Below are positions 36,564 to 45,107 of a DNA stretch of 58,761 bases, in pieces. The number at the start of each line of letters is the position of its first letter. Within the stretch, counting starts at the first letter, position 1. Made by a program: the position numbers and the translations under genes. The notes beneath the pieces are model-generated. The model was not told the origin of the DNA, searched no databases, and saw only the letters and a program-made list of their open reading frames with translations. The stretch is from Nitrospira sp. (GTDB lineage Bacteria > Pseudomonadota > Gammaproteobacteria > Acidiferrobacterales > SPGG2): positions 1 to 58,761 of the forward strand of contig VRUB01000002.1 of the NCBI GenBank assembly GCA_019456345.1, in the 5' to 3' direction.

Positions 36564-37445
36564 GTGTTTAAAGACTTTCAGGAACATCGTATTTCGACCG
36601 GGCAGGCCGAGATCCACCTGCTCACGGGCGGGGCGGGCCCGCCGTTGTTATTGCTGCACGGTTATCCGCAAAATCACGTGGCCTGGCACGCGGTGGCGCC
36701 GCGGCTGCGCGATCATTTCTCGCTCGTGATTCCTGACCTTCGCGGCTACGGCGAAAGCAAAGGACCACCGCCGGATACAGATCATTTTAACTACTCGAAG
36801 CGCGCCATGGCGCAAGATATGGTGGTGCTCATGGAAACGCTCGGCCACGAACGCTTTATGCTGGCGGGGCATGATCGCGGTGGCCGCGTCGGCTATCGAC
36901 TCGCGCTCGACCACCCGGGACGCGTGTCACACTTCGCCGCCATCGACATTATCCCGACGCTAGCGGCAGCCGAATGCATGAACCAGGACACGGCATTGAG
37001 CACTTACCACTGGTTGTTCCTGGCACAGCCTGCGCCGATGCCGGAGCGGCTCATCGGCCATGATCCAGAGTTCTATCTGCGACATTTGTTGGATCGATGG
37101 GCTGGTGACAGGGAAGCGCTCGATCCGAACGCCGTCGCCGAGTATATCCGCCATTTCCGCAAGTCCTCCGTGATCGAGGCGACCTGCGAGGATTACCGTG
37201 CGGGCATGGGCATCGATCTGGCTCACGACCGCGCCGACCGCGACGCCGGCCGGCGGATCGGTTGCCCGACGCTGATTCTCTGGGGTCAACGCTATCTTGC
37301 TTCCAAGGCGCAGTCGCCGCTCGAGGTGTGGCGCAGCTGGGCCGACGACGTCTTGGAAATTGCACTCGACTGCGGACACTTCGTGATGGAGGAGCAGCCC
37401 GAGAATTGCGCGGCGGCGCTGCATGATTTCTTCAGTGCGGCGTGA
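36564..37445 (+). CDS. Alpha/beta hydrolase with Asp nucleophile (haloacetate dehalogenase H-1 / epoxide hydrolase-like)
   Basis: 293 aa with a GTG start. HGYPQNH oxyanion-hole motif and nucleophile elbow GHDRGGRV (Asp rather than Ser). C-terminal CGHFVMEEQP. Confidence 0.88.
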   Translation: MFKDFQEHRISTGQAEIHLLTGGAGPPLLLLHGYPQNHVAWHAVAPRLRDHFSLVIPDLRGYGESKGPPPDTDHFNYSKRAMAQDMVVLMETLGHERFMLAGHDRGGRVGYRLALDHPGRVSHFAAIDIIPTLAAAECMNQDTALSTYHWLFLAQPAPMPERLIGHDPEFYLRHLLDRWAGDREALDPNAVAEYIRHFRKSSVIEATCEDYRAGMGIDLAHDRADRDAGRRIGCPTLILWGQRYLASKAQSPLEVWRSWADDVLEIALDCGHFVMEEQPENCAAALHDFFSAA

Positions 37446-37592
37446 CGGGCTCAGCAGCCAGCTACGTGTCGGCAGAGTTGGGCTCGTGCGGGGCCTGAAA
37501 TTTCGGCAAAGCCATCGCCCGGCGCCGCCGCTAAACTTTATGAAGGCCAGATTCGGGGCGGCTTTAATCACACTCAAACCGTGGAGGTCAAG

Positions 37593-38153
37593 ATGGTGAC
37601 ACTTGGTTCACTCTGGCTTGCAATCGGGTTATCCGCTGTCCTCGTGTGGATCGCGAGCGCATTGATCTGGACGGTGCTTCCGCACCACAAGTCGGATTTC
37701 AAAGGATTACCGGACGAAGCGACAGCACGCGGAGCGCTCACGCCGCAGAAGCTCGCACCAGGTCAGTACGATATACCGCACTTGGCGTCGCGAGACGAAA
37801 TGAACCAGCCTGACGGCCGCAAGAAATTTGAAGAAGGCCCGGTTGGCTTCATTACGATTCTTCCCACCGGTGTCCCGGCCATGCGGACGAATATGGCGCT
37901 GTCGTTTGTTTATTACCTCTTTGTCGGGTTCGTAATCGCATACATCGCCAGTCGTACGCTGGCGCCGGGCGCGGAGTATCTTAGCGTTTTCCGCGTGACC
38001 AGCACCGTTGCGTGGCTGGCGTACGCGGCAGCGGTGGTCCCGGACGCCGTGTGGTTCGGCCGCCCGTGGTCCGCCGTCGGCAAGCAGGTGGTCGACGCGC
38101 TTGTCTACGCTTTGCTGACGGGAGGTGTGTTTGGTTGGCTGTGGCCGAGTTAG
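37593..38153 (+). CDS. Hypothetical membrane protein
   Basis: 186 aa from ATG 37593, 5 nt behind GGAGG. About four predicted TM segments. No family recognised. Confidence 0.6.
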   Translation: MVTLGSLWLAIGLSAVLVWIASALIWTVLPHHKSDFKGLPDEATARGALTPQKLAPGQYDIPHLASRDEMNQPDGRKKFEEGPVGFITILPTGVPAMRTNMALSFVYYLFVGFVIAYIASRTLAPGAEYLSVFRVTSTVAWLAYAAAVVPDAVWFGRPWSAVGKQVVDALVYALLTGGVFGWLWPS

Positions 38154-38244
38154 GTGGCGAAGAAAGTAGCTATCGGGAGAAGTAGTGGAATCAGGCGTGA
38201 TGAAGGTTGACTGCTATGTATTATTTAAGCCTGCCGTCGAACCG

Positions 38245-38961
38245 TCAGAATCGTTCAACCCAGGGACGCAGATCAATCTCCTGGGTCCACGTGCTGCGCG
38301 CCTGGCAATGGAGCTGATAATAAGTATCGGCGATGGCGTTGGGGTCGAGCAGTGCGTCGGGACCACGTTCTTTAATAAGATCGGCATATCGTGGGCTCGC
38401 GATCTGGCCGTCTATGATCACGTGGGCGACATGCACGCCTTGCGGGCCTAACTCCCGTGCCATACTTTGTGCGAGCGCCCGCAGACCGAACTTACCGACC
38501 GCAAGGTTGAAAAACTGCGCGCTCCCCCGCAGCGAGGCGGTGGCGCCGGTAAAGAGAATAGTTCCGGAGCCGCGCGCGACCATGATCTTTGCGGCCTCGC
38601 GACCGGCGAGGAAGCCGCCGAGGCACCCGAACCGCCAGCAGCGCTCGAAGTCGGCTGTGCTCGCCTCGAGAATGCTGGCTCGCTGGAAGGCACCGGCGTT
38701 GTAAACCACCAGGTCCGGTTCGCCCAGATCGGCGTTCACCTTATCGAACAGCCTGGCAACGGCGCTCTCGTCCGTCGCATCGCTCTCGTAGGCATGTGCG
38801 ATTTCGCTTGCTGCGATCAGCTCGTCGGCCAACGCCTTCAGCGGTGCTTCCCGTCGAGCGCTCATCGCTACCTTCATCCCGGCCCCGGCGAAGCGCCGGC
38901 ACAGCGCCATGCCCAGACCGGGGCCTACCCCAATAACCAGTGCTACCTCTGTGTCCGCCAT
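38245..38961 (-). CDS. SDR family oxidoreductase
   Basis: 238 aa from ATG 38961, behind AAGGAG. N-terminal cofactor motif VIGVGPGLG and classical SDR length. Confidence 0.9.
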   Translation of the reverse strand: MADTEVALVIGVGPGLGMALCRRFAGAGMKVAMSARREAPLKALADELIAASEIAHAYESDATDESAVARLFDKVNADLGEPDLVVYNAGAFQRASILEASTADFERCWRFGCLGGFLAGREAAKIMVARGSGTILFTGATASLRGSAQFFNLAVGKFGLRALAQSMARELGPQGVHVAHVIIDGQIASPRYADLIKERGPDALLDPNAIADTYYQLHCQARSTWTQEIDLRPWVERF

Positions 38962-39098
38962 CACAGTCTCCTTGCCGGCAATTCCGTTAATAGTCGCTCC
39001 GTGACGCTTTCAACGCAAGGCCGTGAAGGCATGTCCGTGCATTGGAAGACACAGAAAAGCGGTATGCTGGCGCCATGGGAATTCAACGTGGCATGATT

Positions 39099-39262
39099 AG
39101 CAGGCTGCTGAAAAACTGTTTTCAGCAGCCTGCTAGAGCGGTGAAAGGATGCGTCGCACATTTATCAAACACGCAAACGTTTGATAAATGGAGCAAAGCA
39201 AAAACCGCGGTTTTTGCTTTGCGAGCTGAAAAAGACCATGGAAGGACTTTTTCAGCATCCTG
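39099..39262 (+). repeat. Family-2 multi-hairpin intergenic repeat, copy 2 (intact)
   Basis: Four consecutive hairpins. 39099-39134: 16-bp arms AGCAGGCTGCTGAAAA. 39160-39189: ATTTATCAAAC/GTTTGATAAAT. 39193-39222: perfect 30-bp palindrome GCAAAGCAAAAACCG|CGGTTTTTGCTTTGC. 39225-39256: GCTGAAAAAG-12 nt-CTTTTTCAGC. Confidence 0.75.
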
Positions 39263-39310
39263 TTAGTATGACTAATGCCAGTCCTGTAACACCACACTAA
39301 GGAGCGAATC

Positions 39311-40330
39311 ATGTTAGAGATCTTGATGCAATACGGGTTTTTTCTCGCAAAAGCCGTGACCATTGTGGCTGCCATCGGCATTGTGATGGTGTTGGCGGTG
39401 ACTTTGTCAAGAAAGAGCCGGCCGATGGAGAGATTGGACGTAAAAAATCTCAACAAGAAATACGCGGCCATGGCGCAAACCCTAAGGCACGAAATACTTT
39501 CAAAAAAAGATTACCGCAAGCAAACCAAGGCGGAAAAGGCGCGCACGAAGGCCGAAGCCAAAAAAGAAGCGCCCGGACGCAAGCGCATTTTCGTCCTTCG
39601 TTTTCGTGGTGATATCAAGGCCACAGCGGTTGCCTCGCTGCGCGAGGAGATCACGGCCCTGCTTACCATGGCGACACCGGACGACGAAGTGCTCGTTTGC
39701 CTCGAGAACGCCGGAGGTCTGGTGCACGAGCATGGTTTGGCGGCATCTCAACTTCTGCGGATCAAGCAAAAGAAAATTCCGTTGACAATCGCGGTCGACA
39801 AGGTGGCAGCGAGCGGCGGCTATCTGATGGCAGCCGTTGCGAATCGCATCATTGCTGCCCCCTTTGCCATCGTCGGCTCGATCGGCGTGCTGGCGCAGCT
39901 GCCCAACTTCCACCGGTTGCTTGACCGGCACGGAATCGACTTTGAGCAAATCAAAGCCGGCGAGTTCAAGAGAACCGTAACAGTGTTTGGGAAAAATACG
40001 GACAAGGACCGTGCAAAGCTCAAGCAGGAAATAGAAGACACCCATCAGCTGTTCAAGAATTTCGTGGCGGAGAACCGGCCGAGCTTGGACATCGCCCAGG
40101 TCGCAACCGGCGAGCACTGGTATGGGGCACAGGCGCTGGAGCGCAAGCTAATCGACGATCTCATGACGACCGACGACTATCTGCTGGGGGCCAGTAAGGA
40201 CGCGGATCTCTATGAAGTCACATACACGGCCAGAAAGCGGGTCGGCGAAAGGCTGGCGTCGGCCATACAGTCGGCAGTCGACAATGCGCTGTTCCACTCA
40301 TGGCAGCGCGTGCGTGCGACGGCGCCGTGA
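39311..40330 (+). CDS. sohB: SohB-type S49 family inner-membrane peptidase
   Basis: 339 aa. N-terminal TM segment. RIFVL.F.GDI.A, AASGGY.MA and GSIGV blocks are typical of SohB. AAGGAG SD upstream. Confidence 0.9.
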   Translation: MLEILMQYGFFLAKAVTIVAAIGIVMVLAVTLSRKSRPMERLDVKNLNKKYAAMAQTLRHEILSKKDYRKQTKAEKARTKAEAKKEAPGRKRIFVLRFRGDIKATAVASLREEITALLTMATPDDEVLVCLENAGGLVHEHGLAASQLLRIKQKKIPLTIAVDKVAASGGYLMAAVANRIIAAPFAIVGSIGVLAQLPNFHRLLDRHGIDFEQIKAGEFKRTVTVFGKNTDKDRAKLKQEIEDTHQLFKNFVAENRPSLDIAQVATGEHWYGAQALERKLIDDLMTTDDYLLGASKDADLYEVTYTARKRVGERLASAIQSAVDNALFHSWQRVRATAP

Positions 40331-40478
40331 GGCGAGACTGGGCGTGTGTAAGTTGATTCGCCGGCTATTGTGATGTCGCCAATGATGGCTTACCCTGTCG
40401 AGCCGACGGCGGCGATTCCGTTACACTGCGCCCATCTGGGCGACCTCCCACCATGAAAAATCGTGGTCTCGAGAGACT

Positions 40479-40862
40479 ATGAATATCGAAAAAGTCATAT
40501 TCGGATTTTTTATCATCCTCGCTTTGACACTGAATTTCGGTTTTGTAATGGGCGAGATCGAAGATCCAGAGCATCACAATGTCATGGAGTTCTTCTCCGT
40601 GATCCTGGTTAATCTTATCGCTATGGGGCTAAAGCTCGGCGACCGTTCGCAGATCGGCGCGCTGCTGTTGGCGACCAGCCTTGTAGCTGTGCTTCAGCTG
40701 ATCAGCGCCGCAATCGTGTGGACGGTCGCTGTTCACGTCACGGAGACAGGACTTGCACCGGGTGTCATGGCCAGCATCGTTTCGCTGGCTGCCGGTGCGA
40801 TGCTGGCGAATGTTGTGTCCGTGATTATGCTGGTTTCAGATACGTTGATGTCAGGGCGGTAG
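40479..40862 (+). CDS. Hypothetical small integral membrane protein
   Basis: 127 aa with four hydrophobic segments. The stop lies 10 nt before the K+ channel start, so co-transcription is likely. Confidence 0.6.
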   Translation: MNIEKVIFGFFIILALTLNFGFVMGEIEDPEHHNVMEFFSVILVNLIAMGLKLGDRSQIGALLLATSLVAVLQLISAAIVWTVAVHVTETGLAPGVMASIVSLAAGAMLANVVSVIMLVSDTLMSGR

Positions 40863-40872
40863 GAGACTCAAG

Positions 40873-42615
40873 ATGGCCACGACGTCCGAGCTTGATCGAG
40901 TCACAGCGATCGTCTTGCGTTTTATGCGCAGACCGATACTCGTACTCATTGTCGTTTATGCCATTGCGATCAGCGGATTGGTGCTAATACCAGGTCAGGA
41001 CGCCGAGGGCAATCCGACCCACATGAGTTTTTTCCACGCGTTCTATTTTCTGACCTACACGGCGACGACGACGGGTTTCGGGGAGATTCCGCACCCCTTT
41101 ACCGATGCGCAACGCCTCTGGGCGATCGTCTTGCTGTATGGCAGCGTGGTCGCATGGATATATGCGATCAGCTCGATTATCAGGCTGGTCCGGAATCCGC
41201 ATTTCCAGCAGGCTGTTGCGCAGCGCAGCTTCGCGCGCAGTGCAAGAGGGATTACGGAACCATTTTTCATCATCTGCGGCTTCGGCGATACGGGTAGCTT
41301 ATTGACCCGGGGACTCGATGACGCCGGCTGCACGGCCGTGATCATCGATAAGGATGAGGACCGTATCAAGGCCTTATCGTTGCGAGATTACCGCAAGACA
41401 ATGCCCGGTCTGTGTGCCGATGCGAGCGCACCGAAACATCTGATCGACGCCGGCGTCAAACATCCAAATTGCCGGGCGATCGTCGCGCTTACCGACGATG
41501 AAGAAGTCAATATCAAGATTACGGTAATGGCACGTCTTCTCAATCCGTCAGTGCGCGTCATCTGCTTGTCGACCGTGCACCGGCGTGGAGAGTATCTCGA
41601 CACGATAGGTGCCGTCGAAACGATGGATCCCTTCGGCGCGTTCGCTAAGTGGCTCGGTACTGCGCTTTACGCGCCGCTGCTACACACGCTCAAGCACTGG
41701 TTGATCGGCGCCCAGGGTTTTTCGCTTGATAAACCGTTGTCGCCGCCCAAGGGCGTGTGGATTCTTTGTGGATACGGCAGGATGGGACAGCGCTTACGCG
41801 AGTCTTTACACACTCATGAAGTGCGCACCATCATCATCGATCCGGACATGGAGGGGGCCGAAGACTTGCCGGCAAAGCAAAAAGTCTTGGGGTACGCCAA
41901 TGCCGACACCTTGCGCAAGGCCGGAATCGGTAAGGCTGTGGGAGTTGTTGCCGCGACCGACAGCGACTCGGACAATCTGGGAGTCCTGCTGGCTGCGCGG
42001 TCGCTAAATCCTAATATTTATATGGTAGTGCGTCAAAATCACCACGAGAACGAGCTGGCCTTTAACGCAGCAAACGCGGACCTGATTATGCAGCCCAGCC
42101 TGATCACGGCGCGAAACATTTTGTTCGATTTGTTGTCGCCATTGATCCACACGTTTCTGGATCATATGCGTGAAGATCGTGAAACGCAGTTGCAAGAGGT
42201 CATTGACCGCATCATAGAGACGCTGGGCACCAGTGTGCCACATTTGTGGACGGCAACGATCTGCCAAAAAGACGCGAGCGCCGTCACGATATTAAAGAAG
42301 AGGGGGTATACGATTACGCTCGTCGACATTTTGCGTGATCCTTTAGACAGAGAGCGCAACCTCGCGTGTATCCCGCTCGTGCTGAACCGCCGGCATGGTG
42401 CGATCGTGATGCCGGACGGTACACAAGCCATCAAGGCGAGAGATCAGATCTTGTTTTGCAGCACCAAATACGCACGGCGTCAGGTCGACGCGACGCTCAA
42501 CAATGAGTATACGCTGCAATACGTGGTGAACGGTGTGCAAAAACCGCGGGGCTACGTCATGCAGTGGCTCGCTCGCAGATTATCGAGCGAGCGCGCGCTA
42601 ACGCTCGGGGGTTAG
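40873..42615 (+). CDS. Potassium channel protein with two RCK/TrkA-N domains
   Basis: Pore region with selectivity filter TATTTGFGE. Two Rossmann GxGxxG motifs (IICGFGDTGS, ILCGYGRMGQ). AGGAG SD 7 nt upstream. Confidence 0.9.
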   Translation: MATTSELDRVTAIVLRFMRRPILVLIVVYAIAISGLVLIPGQDAEGNPTHMSFFHAFYFLTYTATTTGFGEIPHPFTDAQRLWAIVLLYGSVVAWIYAISSIIRLVRNPHFQQAVAQRSFARSARGITEPFFIICGFGDTGSLLTRGLDDAGCTAVIIDKDEDRIKALSLRDYRKTMPGLCADASAPKHLIDAGVKHPNCRAIVALTDDEEVNIKITVMARLLNPSVRVICLSTVHRRGEYLDTIGAVETMDPFGAFAKWLGTALYAPLLHTLKHWLIGAQGFSLDKPLSPPKGVWILCGYGRMGQRLRESLHTHEVRTIIIDPDMEGAEDLPAKQKVLGYANADTLRKAGIGKAVGVVAATDSDSDNLGVLLAARSLNPNIYMVVRQNHHENELAFNAANADLIMQPSLITARNILFDLLSPLIHTFLDHMREDRETQLQEVIDRIIETLGTSVPHLWTATICQKDASAVTILKKRGYTITLVDILRDPLDRERNLACIPLVLNRRHGAIVMPDGTQAIKARDQILFCSTKYARRQVDATLNNEYTLQYVVNGVQKPRGYVMQWLARRLSSERALTLGG

Positions 42616-42860
42616 TCGCTGTGCTTGGGGCGCGCGCGGCTTGAGCAATAAGCGTGGCATTCTGCCTCGCGGCCGCGTAGGACACCTACGCCCAGCAGTT
42701 GGCCACGAGTCTCCGTCACCACCGTATGTTGCCCCTGCTGGTGGTGGTTGTCGTAGAAGTACACCACCACCCAATCTCGCGTTCGCCCCAGTTGATGGGC
42801 CAAGGCGGTGTTGGAGTACAGCACGCTGACGTGCCAGTCACCCCGATTCGTGTGCAACAC
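42612..42860 (-). CDS. Hypothetical 82-aa protein, possibly the C-terminal remnant of a larger gene
   Basis: GC3-rich ORF with a GTG start. The frame stays open upstream to 42929 without any start codon. The sequence (RGDWH..LYSNTA.AH.LGRT.DWVV.Y...) resembles, from memory only, C-termini of larger helix-hairpin-helix proteins. Confidence 0.4.
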   Translation of the reverse strand: MLHTNRGDWHVSVLYSNTALAHQLGRTRDWVVVYFYDNHHQQGQHTVVTETRGQLLGVGVLRGREAECHAYCSSRARPKHSD

Positions 42861-43014
42861 GGGCAGCCATGCTTCGTTCCTCGGGTCGAATTGAGCTAGA
42901 TCAATCTGGCGGTCCTGGTTAGGACATATTTACCCCTCGAGTGCACGACTGCACAGAGCAGCTGCCGAAGGACGGGGCACGCTGAATTTTCTCTTTAGAA
43001 CGACGTGACGCGCG

Positions 43015-43977
43015 ATGTTTCGCAAGGATCTCATCGACATGCTTTTGAATTACCCGATGTCTATTAGAGATATCGCGCGAGCGCTGGAGCTGTCTCCTCG
43101 AGACGTGGAGCAGGATATCAGGCATCTGCTCAAGAGCTTGAAACACTCGGCGTATGTGGCCGTGGTGACACCGGCGCAATGCCGAAAATGTGGGTTCACC
43201 TTCCCGGATGACAAGCTGCGCAAACCCGGAAAATGCCCGGCCTGTCACTCGACCTGGATCAAGGAGCCGCAGATCGAGGTCGACAACAAAAGCGACCAAC
43301 AGCAGCGGTCCCATGTGCCGCGTATCAAAAAATGGGGAGCGATCTTTGACTGGGACGGGGTCATCATCGATTCCCTCAGCCAACATAAAGAAGCCTGGCA
43401 TCGCCTCGCGCACGAAGCAGGCCAGCCCATACCGGCCGGTGCGTTTGAGCGTGGCTTCGGCATGACGAACGATCGCATTATCCCGGAGATCCTCGGTTGG
43501 CCCACCGACGCTCGCGAGATCGAACAGTTGTCGCGGCGCAAGGAGGTGCTTTACCGGGATGTCTTGCGCGAAACGGAGGTTGAACCGCTGCCAGGCGTAG
43601 CCGCCTTGCTCGATGCCTTGAGGGCGGCGGCCGTGCCGTGCGCGATCGCCTCCTCGACCGAGCTCGAGAATATCAGCGTGGTGCTTGGCCTGCTTGGTTT
43701 TCGCGAATACTTTCAAGCGATCGTGTCGGCCGACGACGTAACAAGAGGCAAACCCGACCCTGAGGTCTTTCTATTGGCTGCTGAGCGCCTCGGGATCTCG
43801 CCGCAGCAGTGCATCGTGTTCGAGGACGCCGTGGTCGGGGTCCGGGCCGGCCATGCCGCAGGCATGAAGGTAGTTGGTGTGGCGACGACCAATCCGGCAG
43901 CGGTGTTGGACGCGGCCGATCGCGTGGTCCGCCGGCTCGACGAATTGGACGTAAACGAACTGGCGCACTGGTTCTAG
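43015..43977 (+). CDS. Fusion protein: N-terminal HTH + Zn-ribbon module, C-terminal HAD-superfamily (beta-phosphoglucomutase-like) phosphatase
   Basis: aa 1-95: winged-helix-like MSIRDIARALELSPRDVEQDIRHL, then CRKCG-x17-CPACH. aa ~105-320: HAD motifs FDWDGV (DxD), IASST, RGKPDP and FEDAVVG. Confidence 0.85.
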   Translation: MFRKDLIDMLLNYPMSIRDIARALELSPRDVEQDIRHLLKSLKHSAYVAVVTPAQCRKCGFTFPDDKLRKPGKCPACHSTWIKEPQIEVDNKSDQQQRSHVPRIKKWGAIFDWDGVIIDSLSQHKEAWHRLAHEAGQPIPAGAFERGFGMTNDRIIPEILGWPTDAREIEQLSRRKEVLYRDVLRETEVEPLPGVAALLDALRAAAVPCAIASSTELENISVVLGLLGFREYFQAIVSADDVTRGKPDPEVFLLAAERLGISPQQCIVFEDAVVGVRAGHAAGMKVVGVATTNPAAVLDAADRVVRRLDELDVNELAHWF

Positions 43978-44095
43978 CGAGCGGTGTGGGCGATACGGTT
44001 TCGGGACTGCAGGTATTTGGTCTTGCAGAAGAATCGGTGGTAGTCTCTTCGTTATCCAGCAAGCCGGGCTCGCAATCGCCGGCGGCAGAACAAAT

Positions 44096-44575
44096 TTATT
44101 TAACCGCTGTCGCACCCGCCCCGGCAACAGCAACATCCTCATCGGCGTTACCGCCGCCCACACCGATGCCCCCAATCACCTGGCCGTCGACGAGCAGCGG
44201 AAAACCGCCCGGAAGCGAGGTGAACTTCCCGCCGGTGGTCGAGGCAATCTCGGCCATGATCTGCGGGGGGATGCGCATCTCGTGCGTAGCCCGGCGCACC
44301 GACACGGCGGTATAGGCCTTGCTGAACGAGGTGTAGTTGGTGTGCACGAATGTGCCTTCCATCTTGATGAATCCCACGAGATTTCCACCCTGGTCCACGA
44401 TCGATATACCCATCGGCACCTTGATCGCGTTGGCCTTGGCTACCGCGGCATTCAGGACCTGCTGGATCAACTCGGTCGTCAGGCGCGGTGCGTCAGCGCC
44501 GGCATTTACCGGGACGCCCAGCGCCGCGGCGACGACAATCGCGCAGAAGAACAAGGATAAGATATTTCGCATCAT
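44096..44575 (-). CDS. GlcG/HbpS-like (DUF336) heme-binding protein, secreted
   Basis: 159 aa with a signal peptide. IVD.GGNLV.F..M.G and GG.P....G..IG.IGV.G blocks are typical of GlcG. Confidence 0.88.
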   Translation of the reverse strand: MMRNILSLFFCAIVVAAALGVPVNAGADAPRLTTELIQQVLNAAVAKANAIKVPMGISIVDQGGNLVGFIKMEGTFVHTNYTSFSKAYTAVSVRRATHEMRIPPQIMAEIASTTGGKFTSLPGGFPLLVDGQVIGGIGVGGGNADEDVAVAGAGATAVK

Positions 44576-44669
44576 GCTCGTGATCCCGGTTGATAATTGG
44601 ATAGGGTCGACCCGGGCGCTGAACCATTATTTTTCGCACCCTGATACGGCGGTGCACGGCGGCACCGCA

Positions 44670-45107
44670 TATTTTTCGAACGCGGCAAGTGTTTGAAAAA
44701 TGGAGCAGAGCAAAAACCGCGCTTTTTGCGCTGCGAGCTGAAAAAGTCAGGGATGGCATTGGCGTCCCACAAGTCCCGGCTTGAAACGCTGAAACTCGCC
44801 AAGACAAAGACGCCTTAGGAATGGGCTGCGCTCGAGATGCCTGAATCGTACCTTTGTTTCCGAGACACGCCGTGAATACCTGCGGCGCTACGCAATCGTG
44901 CTCCGCTTGCAGGACCGGGGCTCGCCGTCCGTGGCGAGCCCGTTCGGCCGGGAAAAGTGCCACTGGCACTTTTCCTTGATCGGCCTCACCCCTGTAGGCT
45001 CGGTGCCAGCATCCCTGCTGGCAACGGTCTCGGAAACAAAGGTGCGATCCATGCATCGGGCGGTTGTGGGACAGCAGTGCAGGGATGGCCTTTTTCAGCA
45101 TCCTGCT
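44670..45107 (+). repeat. Family-2 multi-hairpin repeat, copy 3, interrupted in hairpin 3 by a ~322-bp insertion
   Basis: 44670-44746 aligns with 39160-39234. 45090-45107 (CTTTTTCAGCATCCTGCT) aligns with 39247-39262. The loop of the GCTGAAAAAG/CTTTTTCAGC hairpin carries the insert. Confidence 0.75.
44758..45079. mobile_element. MITE-like non-coding insertion flanked by 10-bp direct repeat CAGGGATGGC
   Basis: CAGGGATGGC occurs at 44748-44757 and 45080-45089. Perfect 16-bp inverted repeats CCTTTGTTTCCGAGAC (44851-44866) and GTCTCGGAAACAAAGG (45027-45042) extend imperfectly to ~31 bp. They enclose a family-1 REP copy (44884-45000). GTCCCACAA is present near both ends in inverted orientation. 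No ORF with a recognisable product. Confidence 0.45.

Noticed and set aside
11406-37445. Idea that the FlK-like thioesterase (11406-11843) and the haloacetate-dehalogenase-like hydrolase (36564-37445) form an organofluorine resistance system
   Set aside because: The genes are 25 kb apart on opposite strands with many unrelated genes between them. Both families are broadly distributed, so there is no evidence of a functional link.
39099-45107. Family-2 repeats at 39.1 kb and 44.7-45.1 kb as ends of a composite transposon carrying sohB to glcG
   Set aside because: The copies are in direct, not inverted, orientation. The enclosed genes are housekeeping-type with native-looking composition, and no transposase or integrase is present.
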